Below, one piece after another: positions 17,177 through 27,184 of a stretch of DNA of 40,813 nt. The stretch's first letter is position 1; every line of letters starts with the position of its first letter. The notes under the pieces are model-generated. The model searched no databases. It saw only the letters and a program-made list of their open reading frames with translations, and was not told where the DNA came from. Origin of the DNA: a virus (lineage: Duplodnaviria; Heunggongvirae; Uroviricota; Caudoviricetes); the IMG/VR virus record IMGVR_UViG_2563366797_000003; one strand, 5' to 3'. The translations under genes and the position numbers were made by a program.

Positions 17177-17444
17177 CCCGACAGCAACTATAAACGCGCT
17201 GTTATGTGCTTGTGTTGTTATTACTCTGATGTTTTATCGTCGTGGTGATTCGCGGCATCGTCCTTGGGTTTCACGTTTAGCCTGGCTGATTACTGTTACA
17301 TACAGTGCTGTTCCGTTGGCCTATCTCTGTGGGATTTATCCCCATTCCTCATGGCCCATTATCGTGGCGAATACTATTTTTCTTTCCGTGCTGGTGGCCG
17401 TCAGAGGCAACGTTGCACGCCTGGTTGATCATCTGAGGCACTAA
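17163..17444 (+). CDS. Second holin / antiholin-like small membrane protein
   Basis: 93 aa; GTG start with a GGAGG RBS; two to three hydrophobic helices; sits between the holin and the endolysin. Confidence 0.5.
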   Translation: MELNDPTATINALLCACVVITLMFYRRGDSRHRPWVSRLAWLITVTYSAVPLAYLCGIYPHSSWPIIVANTIFLSVLVAVRGNVARLVDHLRH

Positions 17445-18058
17445 TGAACCAACAATTATTTCAAAAGGCGGCTGGTATCAGCGCCGGACTGGCTGTGCGC
17501 TGGTTTCAACCAGTAGATGCAGCGATGAAAGAATTCGGCATTACAGCACCCGCGGATCAGGCCATGTTCATCGCTCAGGTAGGTCATGAGTCTGGTGGCT
17601 TTAGCGCTGTAGTTGAAAATTTGAACTACACACCATCTGCGCTGGTGGCGACGTTCGGAAAGAGGATCACACAGCAGCAGGCTGATGCCCTTGGCAGAAC
17701 ATCCGGACATGCAGCTCGTCAGGATGCTATTGCCAATCTGGTGTATAGCAACCGCCTGGGTAACAAAGCGCCCGGCGACGGCTGGAAATATCGCGGCAGA
17801 GGGTTAATTCAAATCACTGGCCTCGACAATTATCGCACCTGCGGGGCTGCTCTGAAGTTAGATTTGGTGACTTCACCTGAACAACTGGAACAGGAACTAC
17901 AGGCTGCGCGCTCAGCTGCATGGTTCTACACCTCTAAAGGCTGCATGATCTACGGTGCCGATATTAATCGTGTTACTCGCATCATTAACGGCGGTCTGAA
18001 CGGTATTGAGGATCGTAAGGTCCGATACAACAAGGCGCGGGCGGCGCTGCTGGTATGA
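17444..18058 (+). CDS. Endolysin, glycoside hydrolase family 19 (chitinase-like lysozyme)
   Basis: 204 aa; GH19-type motifs (FIAQVGHESGGF, YRGRGLIQITGLDNY); start overlaps the upstream stop. Confidence 0.8.
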   Translation: MNQQLFQKAAGISAGLAVRWFQPVDAAMKEFGITAPADQAMFIAQVGHESGGFSAVVENLNYTPSALVATFGKRITQQQADALGRTSGHAARQDAIANLVYSNRLGNKAPGDGWKYRGRGLIQITGLDNYRTCGAALKLDLVTSPEQLEQELQAARSAAWFYTSKGCMIYGADINRVTRIINGGLNGIEDRKVRYNKARAALLV

Positions 18059-18447
18059 AGATGAGTTATTGGGCGCTTATTTTAACGTTTATTGCTTGTA
18101 TTGCTGGTGGTCTTGTCTGGTCAGCGAATCATTACCATGGAAAGTTTCTGGAGGAACAGCGGCGCGCTGACGATGCAGAACAGCGCGCTGATTCCTTTGA
18201 GACCATCACCGCGAATGTCCTGCGCACCGTAGCAATAACGAACATCATTCTGGAGACAAATCAATATGCCAGGCAGCAGATCGCACTGGAGTCACAGAGA
18301 ACCGAGAACGATATCAAGGCTGCTGTTGCGGATGATGATTGTGCTGTTCGTTTTGTGCCTTCTGGCGCAGTTAAGCGGCTGCACGACTACGCGAACGGTC
18401 TACGTTCCAGTTCCGGTGGTTCCGTTACCAGCCAACCTGACGGCTGA
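18055..18447 (+). CDS. Rz-like inner-membrane spanin
   Basis: 130 aa; N-terminal TM (YWALILTFIACIAGGLVW) followed by a coiled-coil-like region; overlaps the endolysin stop (ATGA). Confidence 0.65.
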   Translation: MKMSYWALILTFIACIAGGLVWSANHYHGKFLEEQRRADDAEQRADSFETITANVLRTVAITNIILETNQYARQQIALESQRTENDIKAAVADDDCAVRFVPSGAVKRLHDYANGLRSSSGGSVTSQPDG

Positions 18448-18610
18448 AACACCCCAGCCAGATTTACCCGATCCGTTTACGTGGGGAGCAAGCCTTAACC
18501 TGAATGTTGCGTTGTTGTCAGCGTTAGCACAGTGCAACAGGGATAAGGCTGATATCAGGACTTTCGAGAACAACAGGGCAGGACAAACAGATGGCACGAT
18601 TAAACGTTGA
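18332..18610 (+). CDS. Rz1-like outer-membrane lipoprotein spanin
   Basis: +1-frame ORF overlapping the 3' part of Rz; signal peptide plus lipobox MMIVLFVLCLLAQLSGC; Pro-rich mature region. Confidence 0.55.
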   Translation: MMIVLFVLCLLAQLSGCTTTRTVYVPVPVVPLPANLTAETPQPDLPDPFTWGASLNLNVALLSALAQCNRDKADIRTFENNRAGQTDGTIKR

Positions 18611-18776
18611 AGTTATCCCACCAGACAGCGAGGTGCTGAACGGGATTTTTGCAGAGATTGAGCGCAAATATGCGCGTCAGCCGCTGACGCCAAAAGTAAT
18701 TGATGAAATGCAACGCGAAGCGACGCGCCTTGTACGGCGAATGATAACCACAAAGGTTACGTTCGTCCGGGACTGA
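18591..18776 (+). CDS. Hypothetical small protein
   Basis: 61-aa ORF between the spanins and the HExxH protein; weak RBS. Confidence 0.3.
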   Translation: MARLNVEVIPPDSEVLNGIFAEIERKYARQPLTPKVIDEMQREATRLVRRMITTKVTFVRD

Positions 18777-18830
18777 CATTACAGAAGCCCTTCACTGAGG
18801 GGCTTCGATAATGGAGCACTGGGATTATTC

Positions 18831-19451
18831 ATGAACAGACCACACCCACCAGCGCATTTTACGATGCCACCTGACCCGAAGCCTTACATCAGCATAATGC
18901 CCGCCATTGACGTTGGCGAGTGGCTGAATCAGCACATCCTGAGCGATGAGGGTGACCTCTACAACCCTGACCACCAGCATTTGCTTGAAGCGGATCTGTG
19001 CTTTCTCTGGGCGTCGAACACTTTCGAGAAGAAAGGGCGGTCCGTGCTGGGGCAGGCGGAAGAAGTGGCAATGCGGGCTGGAGGCTGGCAGAAAGCGCGG
19101 ATGGAGCAGCAGATGTATGAATGGTTCGGCAGGGTGCCGCAGTTCATCATCACGCTGGCCGCCGATTACTGCTCGCAATGTTCCGATCTGGAATTCTGCG
19201 CGCTGATAGAGCACGAGCTTTATCACATCTGCCAAGCGACAGATGAATTTGGTGCGCCGAAGTTCACGCAGGAAGGGCAGCCAAAGCTGAAGCTGCGCGG
19301 CCATGACGTGGAAGAGTTTGTGGGCGTGGTTCGCCGTTACGGTGCGAGCCGGGACGTGCAGGAAATGATTGATGCGGCGAATCAGCCAGCGGAGGTTGCT
19401 CATCTCGATATTGCCAGAGCGTGCGGGACGTGCATGCTGCGACTGGCTTAA
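18831..19451 (+). CDS. Putative zinc metallopeptidase-like phage protein (HExxH motif)
   Basis: 206 aa containing HELYH with nearby Cys/His/Asp residues (CSQCSDLEFCALIEHELYHICQATDEFG); located between the lysis cassette and the terminase genes. Confidence 0.5.
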   Translation: MNRPHPPAHFTMPPDPKPYISIMPAIDVGEWLNQHILSDEGDLYNPDHQHLLEADLCFLWASNTFEKKGRSVLGQAEEVAMRAGGWQKARMEQQMYEWFGRVPQFIITLAADYCSQCSDLEFCALIEHELYHICQATDEFGAPKFTQEGQPKLKLRGHDVEEFVGVVRRYGASRDVQEMIDAANQPAEVAHLDIARACGTCMLRLA

Positions 19452-19482
19452 ATACTGGACTGTATAAGACGAATGGTGATTT

Positions 19483-19956
19483 ATGGCTGCATTAAAACCT
19501 GATGTGAAAGCCTTCATCATTCAGTCGCTTGCGTGCTATGACACGCCATCGCAGGTGGTCGAGGCTGTCCAAAAAGAATTCGGGATCAGGATCACCCGCC
19601 AGCAGGCTGAATCTCACGACCCCACGAAGGCCAGCGGTAAGACGCTCGCCAAAAAGTGGATCGAGATGTTCCACGCGACGCGCGAACGGTTCCTGACCGA
19701 AACCAGCGACATTCCGATAGCGAACAAATCCTATCGCCTCCGCGTGCTTGACCGCATGGCAACCAAAACCGAGGGGATGAAAAACTTCTCCCTGACGGCG
19801 CAGCTTATCGAACAGGCCGCGAAAGAGGTTGGCGACGCTTACACCAATAAGCTGAAGGTTGAGAGCACTGGCAAGGATGGCGGCCCGATCAAGACCGAGA
19901 CGACCAACCTCACCGCAGATCAGGCCGCAGAGATTTACCGCAAGATGATGGGCTGA
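19483..19956 (+). CDS. Putative terminase small subunit
   Basis: 157-aa ORF immediately upstream of the large terminase; basic, helix-rich N-terminus. Assigned by position and remembered DUF2280-like similarity. Confidence 0.5.
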   Translation: MAALKPDVKAFIIQSLACYDTPSQVVEAVQKEFGIRITRQQAESHDPTKASGKTLAKKWIEMFHATRERFLTETSDIPIANKSYRLRVLDRMATKTEGMKNFSLTAQLIEQAAKEVGDAYTNKLKVESTGKDGGPIKTETTNLTADQAAEIYRKMMG

Positions 19957-19958
19957 TC

Positions 19959-21581
19959 ATGCCTCTCCCGTTTGAATTCGATTTCAGAAACCCTGATTAC
20001 CAGATGGTTTTTGAATGGCGGATGGAGCGCTTACAGCGCATTCGCCAGAACCCTGAAATGCTGCCAGCGCTAAAGCAGTTTTACCGCACCAACCCGGCAC
20101 AGTTCATCATCGACTGGGGTATGACGACTGACCCGCGTAACATCGATTATGGCCTGCCGGTCACCATCCCTTTTCTGCTGTTCCCGAAACAGGAAGAATG
20201 GATTCACTGGATCATGGAGCGGCGCGAACGGCTGGAGAACGGCATCACCGAAAAGAGCCGCGAAATGGGGCTCAGTTGGACCGCGATCGGGCTGGCCTGC
20301 TCGCTTTGTCTCTTCAACAAAGAAATGGTCATCGGTTTCGGCTCCCGTAAAGAGGAATACGTCGACAGCACCGGTGACCCGAAGGCGCTGTTCTGGAAGG
20401 CGCGAAAGTTCGTGGAAACACTGCCCATCGAGTTTCGTGGTTCGTGGGACGAGAAGAAGCATGCGCCGTATATGCGCGTTGAGTTTCCAGATACTGGCGC
20501 GGTTATCAAAGGCGAGGCTGGCGACAATATCGGACGTGGTGACCGTACCACGCTCTACCTGGTGGATGAATCTGCATTCCTCCTGCGTCCTCTGTTGATT
20601 GATGCGGCGCTGTCGCAAACCACCCGTTGCCGTATTGACCTGAGCTCGGTTAATGGCATGGCGAACCCGTTCGCGCAGAAGCGCCACGGCGGAAAAATAC
20701 CAGTATTCACGTTCCACTGGCGAGATGACCCGCGCAAGGATGAAGAGTGGTATCGCAGGGAGTGCGAGAAAATCGACAATCCGGTGGTGGTGGCGCAGGA
20801 ACTTGACCTGAACTACAGCGCATCTGCGGAAGGCGTCCTGATCCCGTCCGACTGGGTACAGGCTGCCGTCGACGCGCATATCAAACTTGGTATTCAGCCA
20901 ACGGGCAAGCGACTGGGCGCGATGGACGTCGCCGACGAAGGCCGGGACAAAAATGCCTTTTCGACCCGTCACGGCTTCCTTCTGGAGAACGTGCGTGAAT
21001 GGTCCGGCGTTGGCAGCGACATTTACCAGTCTGTTGAGAAGGTCTTCGGCTTTTGCGAACAGGACAACCTCGAAGAGTTTCGCTTCGACGAGGACGGCCT
21101 GGGTGCTGGCGTTCGCGGCGATGCGCGCGCCATCAACGAACTGCGTTACGCAGCGCGCCGACCGTCAATACTCGCCACACCGTTTCGTGGTAGCGGCGCG
21201 GTATTTGATCCGGACGATGAAGCGGTGCGCGGGGACAACGGACAGGCCGCACGCCTGAACAAGGACTTCTTCGCCAACGCCAAGGCCCAGAGCTGGTGGT
21301 GGCTACGCAAGCTTTTCCAGAACACCTATCGCGCCGTGGTTGAGGGCATGGCCTACAACCCGGACGAAATCATCTCAATCAGCAGCGCCATGGCGAGCAA
21401 AGACAAACTCATCATTGAGCTGTCGCAGCCGACCTACTCCATTAATGGCGTGGGGAAAATCGTTGTTGATAAACAGCCTGATGGCACCAAGTCGCCGAAC
21501 CTCGCCGACTCGGTGATGATCAGCTACGCGCCAATGAATTCAGCCCTGAACATCTGGGAGCTGCTAGGGAGACAGGCCTGA
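19959..21581 (+). CDS. Terminase large subunit
   Basis: 540-aa ORF with ATPase-like N-terminal and nuclease-like C-terminal halves; followed by the portal gene with a TGATG overlap. Confidence 0.75.
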   Translation: MPLPFEFDFRNPDYQMVFEWRMERLQRIRQNPEMLPALKQFYRTNPAQFIIDWGMTTDPRNIDYGLPVTIPFLLFPKQEEWIHWIMERRERLENGITEKSREMGLSWTAIGLACSLCLFNKEMVIGFGSRKEEYVDSTGDPKALFWKARKFVETLPIEFRGSWDEKKHAPYMRVEFPDTGAVIKGEAGDNIGRGDRTTLYLVDESAFLLRPLLIDAALSQTTRCRIDLSSVNGMANPFAQKRHGGKIPVFTFHWRDDPRKDEEWYRRECEKIDNPVVVAQELDLNYSASAEGVLIPSDWVQAAVDAHIKLGIQPTGKRLGAMDVADEGRDKNAFSTRHGFLLENVREWSGVGSDIYQSVEKVFGFCEQDNLEEFRFDEDGLGAGVRGDARAINELRYAARRPSILATPFRGSGAVFDPDDEAVRGDNGQAARLNKDFFANAKAQSWWWLRKLFQNTYRAVVEGMAYNPDEIISISSAMASKDKLIIELSQPTYSINGVGKIVVDKQPDGTKSPNLADSVMISYAPMNSALNIWELLGRQA

Positions 21582-23050
21582 TGGCACGAAACAAGCAATC
21601 CTCTCAGCGAACGGCACAGGCCACCGCTGACGGCTACGAGAACTTCGTCGCCCGCGTTGGGATGCAGACGCCTAACCAGCATTCAGCATCGACCTACCGG
21701 GCGAACTTCACCAGCCGCAACCGCATGCTGGTGGAATGGTCATATCGCGGTTCGTGGGTTATCGGTGAAGCGGTCGACGCTATCCCGGACGATATGACCC
21801 GAAAGGGCATTCGCATCACTTCGGAGATTGACGCCAAAGACCGTGGCACCCTCGAAGCGCAACTGGATGAGTTGCAGATCTGGGATGCGCTGAACGACGT
21901 GCTGAAATGGTCGCGCCTCTACGGCGGCGCGGTCGGCTTCATCATGATCGAGGGGCAAGCACCAATGACCCCGCTGCGACTCGAAACCATTGGCGAGGGC
22001 AAGTTTAAGGGCATTCTCCCGCTCGACCGCTGGATGATTAACCCGGTGCTGACACGCCGCATTAAAGAGATGGGGCCGGACCTCGGCAAGCCTGAGTTTT
22101 ACGACGTGGTGACCACCGCAACGGGCATTCCGGCCTGGCGCATCCATCACAGCCGCCTGATCCGCTTTGATGGCGTCACGCTGCCATTCCAGCAGAAGAT
22201 GACCGAAAACGAATGGGGAATGTCGGTTGTAGAGCGTATCTGGGATCGGCTTACTGCGTTCGATAGCGCTACTGTCGGCGCGGCGCAGCTGGTCTATAAA
22301 GCGCATCTGCGTACCTATAGCGTGGAGAAGTTGCGCGAGCTTATCGCGCTTGGAGGCCCGGCGTTCGAAGCGTTGCTGAAGAACATCGACCTGATCCGCC
22401 AGTTCCAGAGCAATGAAGGTATGACGCTCATGGACTCGCGGGATAAGTTCGAAACCCACCAGTACAGCTTTAGTGGTCTGGATGACATTCTTTCGCAGTT
22501 TGCTGAGCAGATCAGCGGTGCCGTTGGTATCCCGCTGGTACGCCTGTTCGGTCAATCCCCGAAAGGCTTCTCTACTGGTGATGCAGACCTCGCCAACTAT
22601 TACGACCGGGTGAGCTCATTGCAGGAGCGCCGCTTACGGCTGCCGATGCGCCGGATACTGGACATTATGCACCGCTCGGAACTCGGAAAGCCGCTGCCGG
22701 ACGATTTCACGTTTGAGTTTAACCCGCTATGGCAAATGTCAGACGTTGACCGATCAACGGTGGCCGTAAACACCACCAACGCGATCAGTACCGCGCTGGG
22801 CGACGGATTGATGACGCGTAAGGCGGCGATGACCGACCTGCGCGAAAACTCTGACGTCACCGGCATCGGGGCATCCATTACCGACGAGGATATCGAGAAT
22901 GCCGAAGACGAAGCGCCGCCAGGCATCGGCGAACTTGGCGACAAACCGCCAGAGCCGCCAGGCGGAGATCCGATATCGAACGAGCCTACGGCAGATAGCG
23001 CGGGCGGTCGGGGATATCGTAAATGGTCGCTACGATGGTTCAAACGATAG
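21581..23050 (+). CDS. Portal protein
   Basis: 489 aa, directly after the large terminase; acidic C-terminus. Family by recollection (DUF1073-type portal). Confidence 0.65.
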   Translation: MARNKQSSQRTAQATADGYENFVARVGMQTPNQHSASTYRANFTSRNRMLVEWSYRGSWVIGEAVDAIPDDMTRKGIRITSEIDAKDRGTLEAQLDELQIWDALNDVLKWSRLYGGAVGFIMIEGQAPMTPLRLETIGEGKFKGILPLDRWMINPVLTRRIKEMGPDLGKPEFYDVVTTATGIPAWRIHHSRLIRFDGVTLPFQQKMTENEWGMSVVERIWDRLTAFDSATVGAAQLVYKAHLRTYSVEKLRELIALGGPAFEALLKNIDLIRQFQSNEGMTLMDSRDKFETHQYSFSGLDDILSQFAEQISGAVGIPLVRLFGQSPKGFSTGDADLANYYDRVSSLQERRLRLPMRRILDIMHRSELGKPLPDDFTFEFNPLWQMSDVDRSTVAVNTTNAISTALGDGLMTRKAAMTDLRENSDVTGIGASITDEDIENAEDEAPPGIGELGDKPPEPPGGDPISNEPTADSAGGRGYRKWSLRWFKR

Positions 23051-23672
23051 CGTCACCGAAATAATGGATGCGCTGGAGCGCTACAGCGAAATCATCACCC
23101 CCTGGGCGACTAAGGTTGCTGAGAGCTTCACCGCCGACATTGCGCGCCAGAATGAAAAGCAGTGGCGTCAGCACAGTCGGAACATCAGCGCAGAACTACG
23201 CAACATGGTCGACCGCGCCCCGGTAGGCCAGGTGATGAAATCCATCGTCGCCGAGCAAATTAAGTACATCAAATCTCTGCCTCTTGAGGCCGCCGATCGG
23301 GTGTATGACATTCAGAACAAGGCCATCGAGGCTGTAGTAACTGGTGGCCGCGCTGAGCCATTCGCGAAAGAGATAGCTGCTTCCGGTGACGTGTCACGCT
23401 CACGAGCGAACCTTATCTCCCGGACTGAGCTTGGGCGCGCAACCGGTGCATTGGATCAGGCGCGTGCGCTGTCAATCGGCTCGAATGGTTATATCTGGCG
23501 TACAGCCGAAGATGGCGACGTCCGGCATTCTCATCGAGAGATGGAAGGGAAGTTTGTCGAATGGGGCCGACCTCCAACGCTTGACGGCATGACCGGTCAC
23601 GCTGGCGAGCTCCCGAACTGCCGCTGTTACAAAGAAATCGTCTTCCCCAACCCTCATTCTTATCTCGCCTGA
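22899..23672 (+). CDS. Head morphogenesis protein (Mu F / SPP1 gp7 family)
   Basis: 257 aa with the conserved C-terminal signature (DVRHSHREMEGKFVEWG...HAGELPNCRCYKEI). The first ATG is at 22899, overlapping the portal 3' end by 152 nt; the next in-frame Met is at 23064. Confidence 0.7.
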   Translation: MPKTKRRQASANLATNRQSRQAEIRYRTSLRQIARAVGDIVNGRYDGSNDSVTEIMDALERYSEIITPWATKVAESFTADIARQNEKQWRQHSRNISAELRNMVDRAPVGQVMKSIVAEQIKYIKSLPLEAADRVYDIQNKAIEAVVTGGRAEPFAKEIAASGDVSRSRANLISRTELGRATGALDQARALSIGSNGYIWRTAEDGDVRHSHREMEGKFVEWGRPPTLDGMTGHAGELPNCRCYKEIVFPNPHSYLA

Positions 23673-23686
23673 ATCGCAGGTAAACC

Positions 23687-24919
23687 ATGAAATATTTTTT
23701 CAATACCCGGCTGGGGGAAACCCGTTATCAGCTGGCTGACGGCTCGCTGCTGTGCAAAGACGTGCCGATAGGTCGAACGGGTAAGCAGCTTTACGGCGCT
23801 GCCGATCTGCCAAACCTCAAACCCGACAAGCTCGGCGAGATAGTCGTAACGCGCTCTCCTGATCAGGTATTCCATCCGGCCACGCTCGCCTCATTCGAAG
23901 GGATGAGCATCACGATCCTGCATCCTGAAGATGAAAACGGGAATGTGCGGCTGGTCAACCCCGAGAACTGGAAAGAGCTTGCGGTCGGGCATCTTCAGAA
24001 CGTTCGGCGCGGGACTGGTGATCAGTCTGATTTGATGCTGGCTGACCTTATCGTCAAAGACGAAAGCGCCATTCAGCTGATCGAAGATGGTCTGCGCGAA
24101 GTGTCGTGCGGCTATGACGCTGAGTACGAGCAGACCGAACCCGGAAAAGCCGAGCAGGTCGATATTACCGGAAACCATGTGGCTCTTGTCCCTAAAGGCA
24201 GAGCCGGAAATCGTTGTGCAATTGGAGACAGAGACACAATGGCAAATCAAAAGAAAAGCTGGTGGACCCGCATGCGCACGGCCATCAAAACGGGTGATGC
24301 TGACACCATGAACGAACTGCTGGACTCTGCGCCAGCGGCGGTAACGGGCGATGAAGGGGATCTGCCGAGCGGCGTTAACCTCAACATTAATCTTTCACCG
24401 CAACAACCATTGCCGGACAAAAAGCCGGAAATGGGCGGAGAGCCAACCGGCGACGGCGAGGACGATATCAAAACCTTGCTCAAAGCCCTGCTGGCTAAGC
24501 TGGAAGGTACTGCAACGGGCGATAACGACGATAAGCCTGACGGCAAAGATAACAAAGACCCTACCGGCGAGGGTGAGGACGACGAAGAGGAAACCACGAT
24601 TACCGGTGACGCTGCTTATCGTGCCGAAGTTATCGTTCCGGGTATCGATCTGAGCCGTAAGGTGAAACCGACCGCGTTCAAACGTGATGTGCTGTCCGCC
24701 GCTGACAAAACACTGGTTCGCCAGGTTGTCGGTGATGCAGATATCCGCAAATTGCCCAAGCAATCGGTCGATATGGCGTTTAACGCCGTGTCTGAGATTG
24801 CCAAAGGGCGAAACACCCGCAGCACCACGGGCGATGCACAACGTCCAAATATGGGCATGACCAGCATCGCTTCCCTGAACAAACAAAACGCCGACTTCTG
24901 GTCTAACCGCAAAGGATAA
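23687..24919 (+). CDS. Putative head scaffolding/maturation protein (DUF2213-like N-terminus, acidic low-complexity middle)
   Basis: 410 aa; acidic tract GDGEDDIKTLLKALLAKLEGTATGDNDDKPDGKDNKDPTGEGEDDEEE; lies between the morphogenesis and capsid genes. Confidence 0.5.
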   Translation: MKYFFNTRLGETRYQLADGSLLCKDVPIGRTGKQLYGAADLPNLKPDKLGEIVVTRSPDQVFHPATLASFEGMSITILHPEDENGNVRLVNPENWKELAVGHLQNVRRGTGDQSDLMLADLIVKDESAIQLIEDGLREVSCGYDAEYEQTEPGKAEQVDITGNHVALVPKGRAGNRCAIGDRDTMANQKKSWWTRMRTAIKTGDADTMNELLDSAPAAVTGDEGDLPSGVNLNINLSPQQPLPDKKPEMGGEPTGDGEDDIKTLLKALLAKLEGTATGDNDDKPDGKDNKDPTGEGEDDEEETTITGDAAYRAEVIVPGIDLSRKVKPTAFKRDVLSAADKTLVRQVVGDADIRKLPKQSVDMAFNAVSEIAKGRNTRSTTGDAQRPNMGMTSIASLNKQNADFWSNRKG

Positions 24920-24923
24920 TCCA

Positions 24924-25427
24924 ATGACTGCATATTTGTACCGGATGCCTGTTGGCATTGCCGGGGCTATCTCTCGCCCGCAGGATTTAACCGTCGAGCC
25001 GGTGATCCTTAAATCCGCTAACGCCTTCGCTGCCTATGGTCTGGCTGGCAAATACGACGCTGACGGCTTTTTTGTGCCGCTGGCGGACGGTGACACCTCC
25101 GACAAAGTGAAGGGGATCTACGTTCGTCCGTATCCGACCACATCACAGCCGGACATGGTTCGCCAGGTGGGGACAGATAAGAACTTCCCGGGCGATGCAA
25201 TGAAGCGCGGTTACATGACCGTTAACCTTGGTTCTGACTTTGATGCCAGCACCATCAAAAAAGGTGACCCGGTATACGTTGTTGTCTCCACTGATGAATC
25301 TATTAAAGTGCCGCTGGGTGGTTTCTGCTCTTCAAGCGTGGAAGGGAAAACTGTCGTACTCGCGAATGCTGAATTTACTGGTGCCGGTGACGCTAACGGT
25401 AATGCAGAAATCTCCTGGAAGATTTAA
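24924..25427 (+). CDS. Putative head structural/decoration protein
   Basis: 167-aa ORF immediately upstream of the major capsid gene; no decisive motif. Confidence 0.4.
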   Translation: MTAYLYRMPVGIAGAISRPQDLTVEPVILKSANAFAAYGLAGKYDADGFFVPLADGDTSDKVKGIYVRPYPTTSQPDMVRQVGTDKNFPGDAMKRGYMTVNLGSDFDASTIKKGDPVYVVVSTDESIKVPLGGFCSSSVEGKTVVLANAEFTGAGDANGNAEISWKI

Positions 25428-25438
25428 GGAACAGACAA

Positions 25439-26380
25439 ATGATTACTTTTGATCAGGCAACCGTAGATAGCTCCGGTGCCTTTCTCATCGGGGAGCTGGA
25501 GCGACTCGACCAGACGCTGAACCTGCCTCTGGTGGGGTACACCTGGACCCGAGATATTCAACTGCGTGAAGACGTGTCTATCGCAGATGACATTTCCAGC
25601 TGGACGAATACCAGCTTCGCCGCTGCGGGTACTGGTGCAAATCCGAATGGTAAAAACTGGGTAGGCAAAGACTCCACCGCTATTGCTGGCGTGAACGTGG
25701 ATATCAGCAAAGACGGCAATCCACTGAACCTCTGGGGTATGGAACTGGGCTGGACCGTTGTAGAGCTGGCAGCTGCTCAGCAGGTAGGCCGCCCGATTGA
25801 TACCCAGAAGTACGACGGGATGCAGCTCAAATGGCAGATGGACAACGACGAGCAGGTTTACATCGGTGATGACGCACTCGGCCTGAAAGGTCTGGCAAAC
25901 CTCGTCGGTGTGACGCTGAACAACGCGCCGAAGACCTGGGCGAACTCAACCAACGACGAGATCCTCGATAGCGTGAACAGCATTCTGTCTAATGCCTGGG
26001 CAGCATCCGGTTATTCCATCGTGCCTTCTGATCTGCGCATTCCGCCAGAGCAGTATTCACTGCTGGCGAGCCGTAAGGTTTCCGAAGCGGGTAACCAGTC
26101 ACTGCTGACCTATCTGGCTGTGAACACTATCGCTTTCCACCAGAACGGCGTTCCGCTTGAAATCAAAGCGGTCAAATGGCTGAAAGGGCGTGGGGTTGGC
26201 GGTAAAGACCGTATGATCGCCTACACCAACGACAAGAAATACGTGCGCTATCCGCTGGTGCCGTTGCAGAGCGTTCCTGTCCAGTATCGCGGTCTGTATC
26301 AGATTGCGACCTACTACGGCAAGCTCGGTGCGGTTGAGCCAGTGTACAAAGAAACCCTGTCCTACGTGGACGGTATCTGA
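25439..26380 (+). CDS. Major capsid protein (putative)
   Basis: 313 aa; position in the head module, size and beta-rich composition. Family by recollection. Confidence 0.6.
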   Translation: MITFDQATVDSSGAFLIGELERLDQTLNLPLVGYTWTRDIQLREDVSIADDISSWTNTSFAAAGTGANPNGKNWVGKDSTAIAGVNVDISKDGNPLNLWGMELGWTVVELAAAQQVGRPIDTQKYDGMQLKWQMDNDEQVYIGDDALGLKGLANLVGVTLNNAPKTWANSTNDEILDSVNSILSNAWAASGYSIVPSDLRIPPEQYSLLASRKVSEAGNQSLLTYLAVNTIAFHQNGVPLEIKAVKWLKGRGVGGKDRMIAYTNDKKYVRYPLVPLQSVPVQYRGLYQIATYYGKLGAVEPVYKETLSYVDGI

Positions 26381-26421
26381 TAACCAGAACGGCCCCGAAA
26401 GGGGCCAGAAGGGAACTGAAA

Positions 26422-26811
26422 ATGGCGAAAGAAAAGCTGGTTACCATCCATGTTCACACCCCGTTTACGCTGACGCTCGGCGATCAGTCAAAAAGGGAGT
26501 TTGGCCGGGGACGGCATAACGTACCGGAAGAGGTCGCGTCGCACTGGTTCACCCAGGCGCACTCCGAGCTTTCCGAAAGCGTGATTAGCGACACCGATGA
26601 TCTGCAACCCATTATCGACAGCCTGCAAGCTCAGATTGCCGACAAAGATAAGCAGATTATCGATAAAGATCAGTTGATTGCCGATCTGCGAGAAGCGCTG
26701 CTCAAGCTGCAAGAGCAGAACGACAGCCTGCAAGCGCAGATTGCTGCCGCCCAGACTGGCGGTAATGGGGCGAAAGATGCCAAAGAATCAAAGCCTGCCA
26801 ACAGTAAGTGA
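26422..26811 (+). CDS. Hypothetical head-module protein with a coiled-coil C-terminus
   Basis: 129 aa; heptad-like segment [44 protein letters not shown]. Confidence 0.45.
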   Translation: MAKEKLVTIHVHTPFTLTLGDQSKREFGRGRHNVPEEVASHWFTQAHSELSESVISDTDDLQPIIDSLQAQIADKDKQIIDKDQLIADLREALLKLQEQNDSLQAQIAAAQTGGNGAKDAKESKPANSK

Positions 26812-27184
26812 TTTTCGGCGCGACTTTCCACAGTTTGCTGACCCTGCCAAATATCCCGAAGCACAAATCCAGTTTCGTCTGAATCTGGCTGATGTGCTGC
26901 TGAGCGAAAACGTCACCGGCAAAGAGTTGTTTCCGTACTTTGTCGAGTTGTTCGTGGCTCACTACATGACGCTCTGGGCGGCAGATAGCCGGGCAATGCT
27001 CGTCGGCGGCCCGGGTGGCTCAACCAATGGTGTTCAGTCCTCCAAGTCCGTTGACAAGGTAAGCGTCAGCTATGACACCAGCGCGACGCTAAACCCTGAC
27101 GCAGGCTTCTGGAATAACACCCGATATGGCGCTGAATTTTATCAGCTGATCACGATGTTCGGTGCGGGCGGTCGCCAGCTATGA
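26777..27184 (+). CDS. Putative head-tail connector/completion protein
   Basis: The track ORF 26678..27184 has its first ATG at 26777 ([13 protein letters not shown]...); overlaps the upstream gene by 35 nt. Position-based call. Confidence 0.4.
   Translation: MPKNQSLPTVSDFRRDFPQFADPAKYPEAQIQFRLNLADVLLSENVTGKELFPYFVELFVAHYMTLWAADSRAMLVGGPGGSTNGVQSSKSVDKVSVSYDTSATLNPDAGFWNNTRYGAEFYQLITMFGAGGRQL

Noticed and set aside
16790-18610. Lysis cassette considered as possibly novel because it has two consecutive holin-like genes
   Set aside because: Holin/antiholin pairs and GH19 endolysins with overlapping Rz/Rz1 spanins are well known; nothing here departs from that pattern.
20070-20972. 300-aa minus-strand ORF inside the large terminase gene
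   Set aside because: Entirely antisense to a well-supported long coding gene, Arg-rich, no RBS; a typical shadow ORF in GC-rich coding DNA.
24395-24958. Minus-strand ORFs (24395..24958, 24247..24597, 24616..24933) opposite the scaffold-like gene
   Set aside because: They overlap the acidic low-complexity coding region of the + strand gene; reverse frames of GA-rich repeats stay open by chance.
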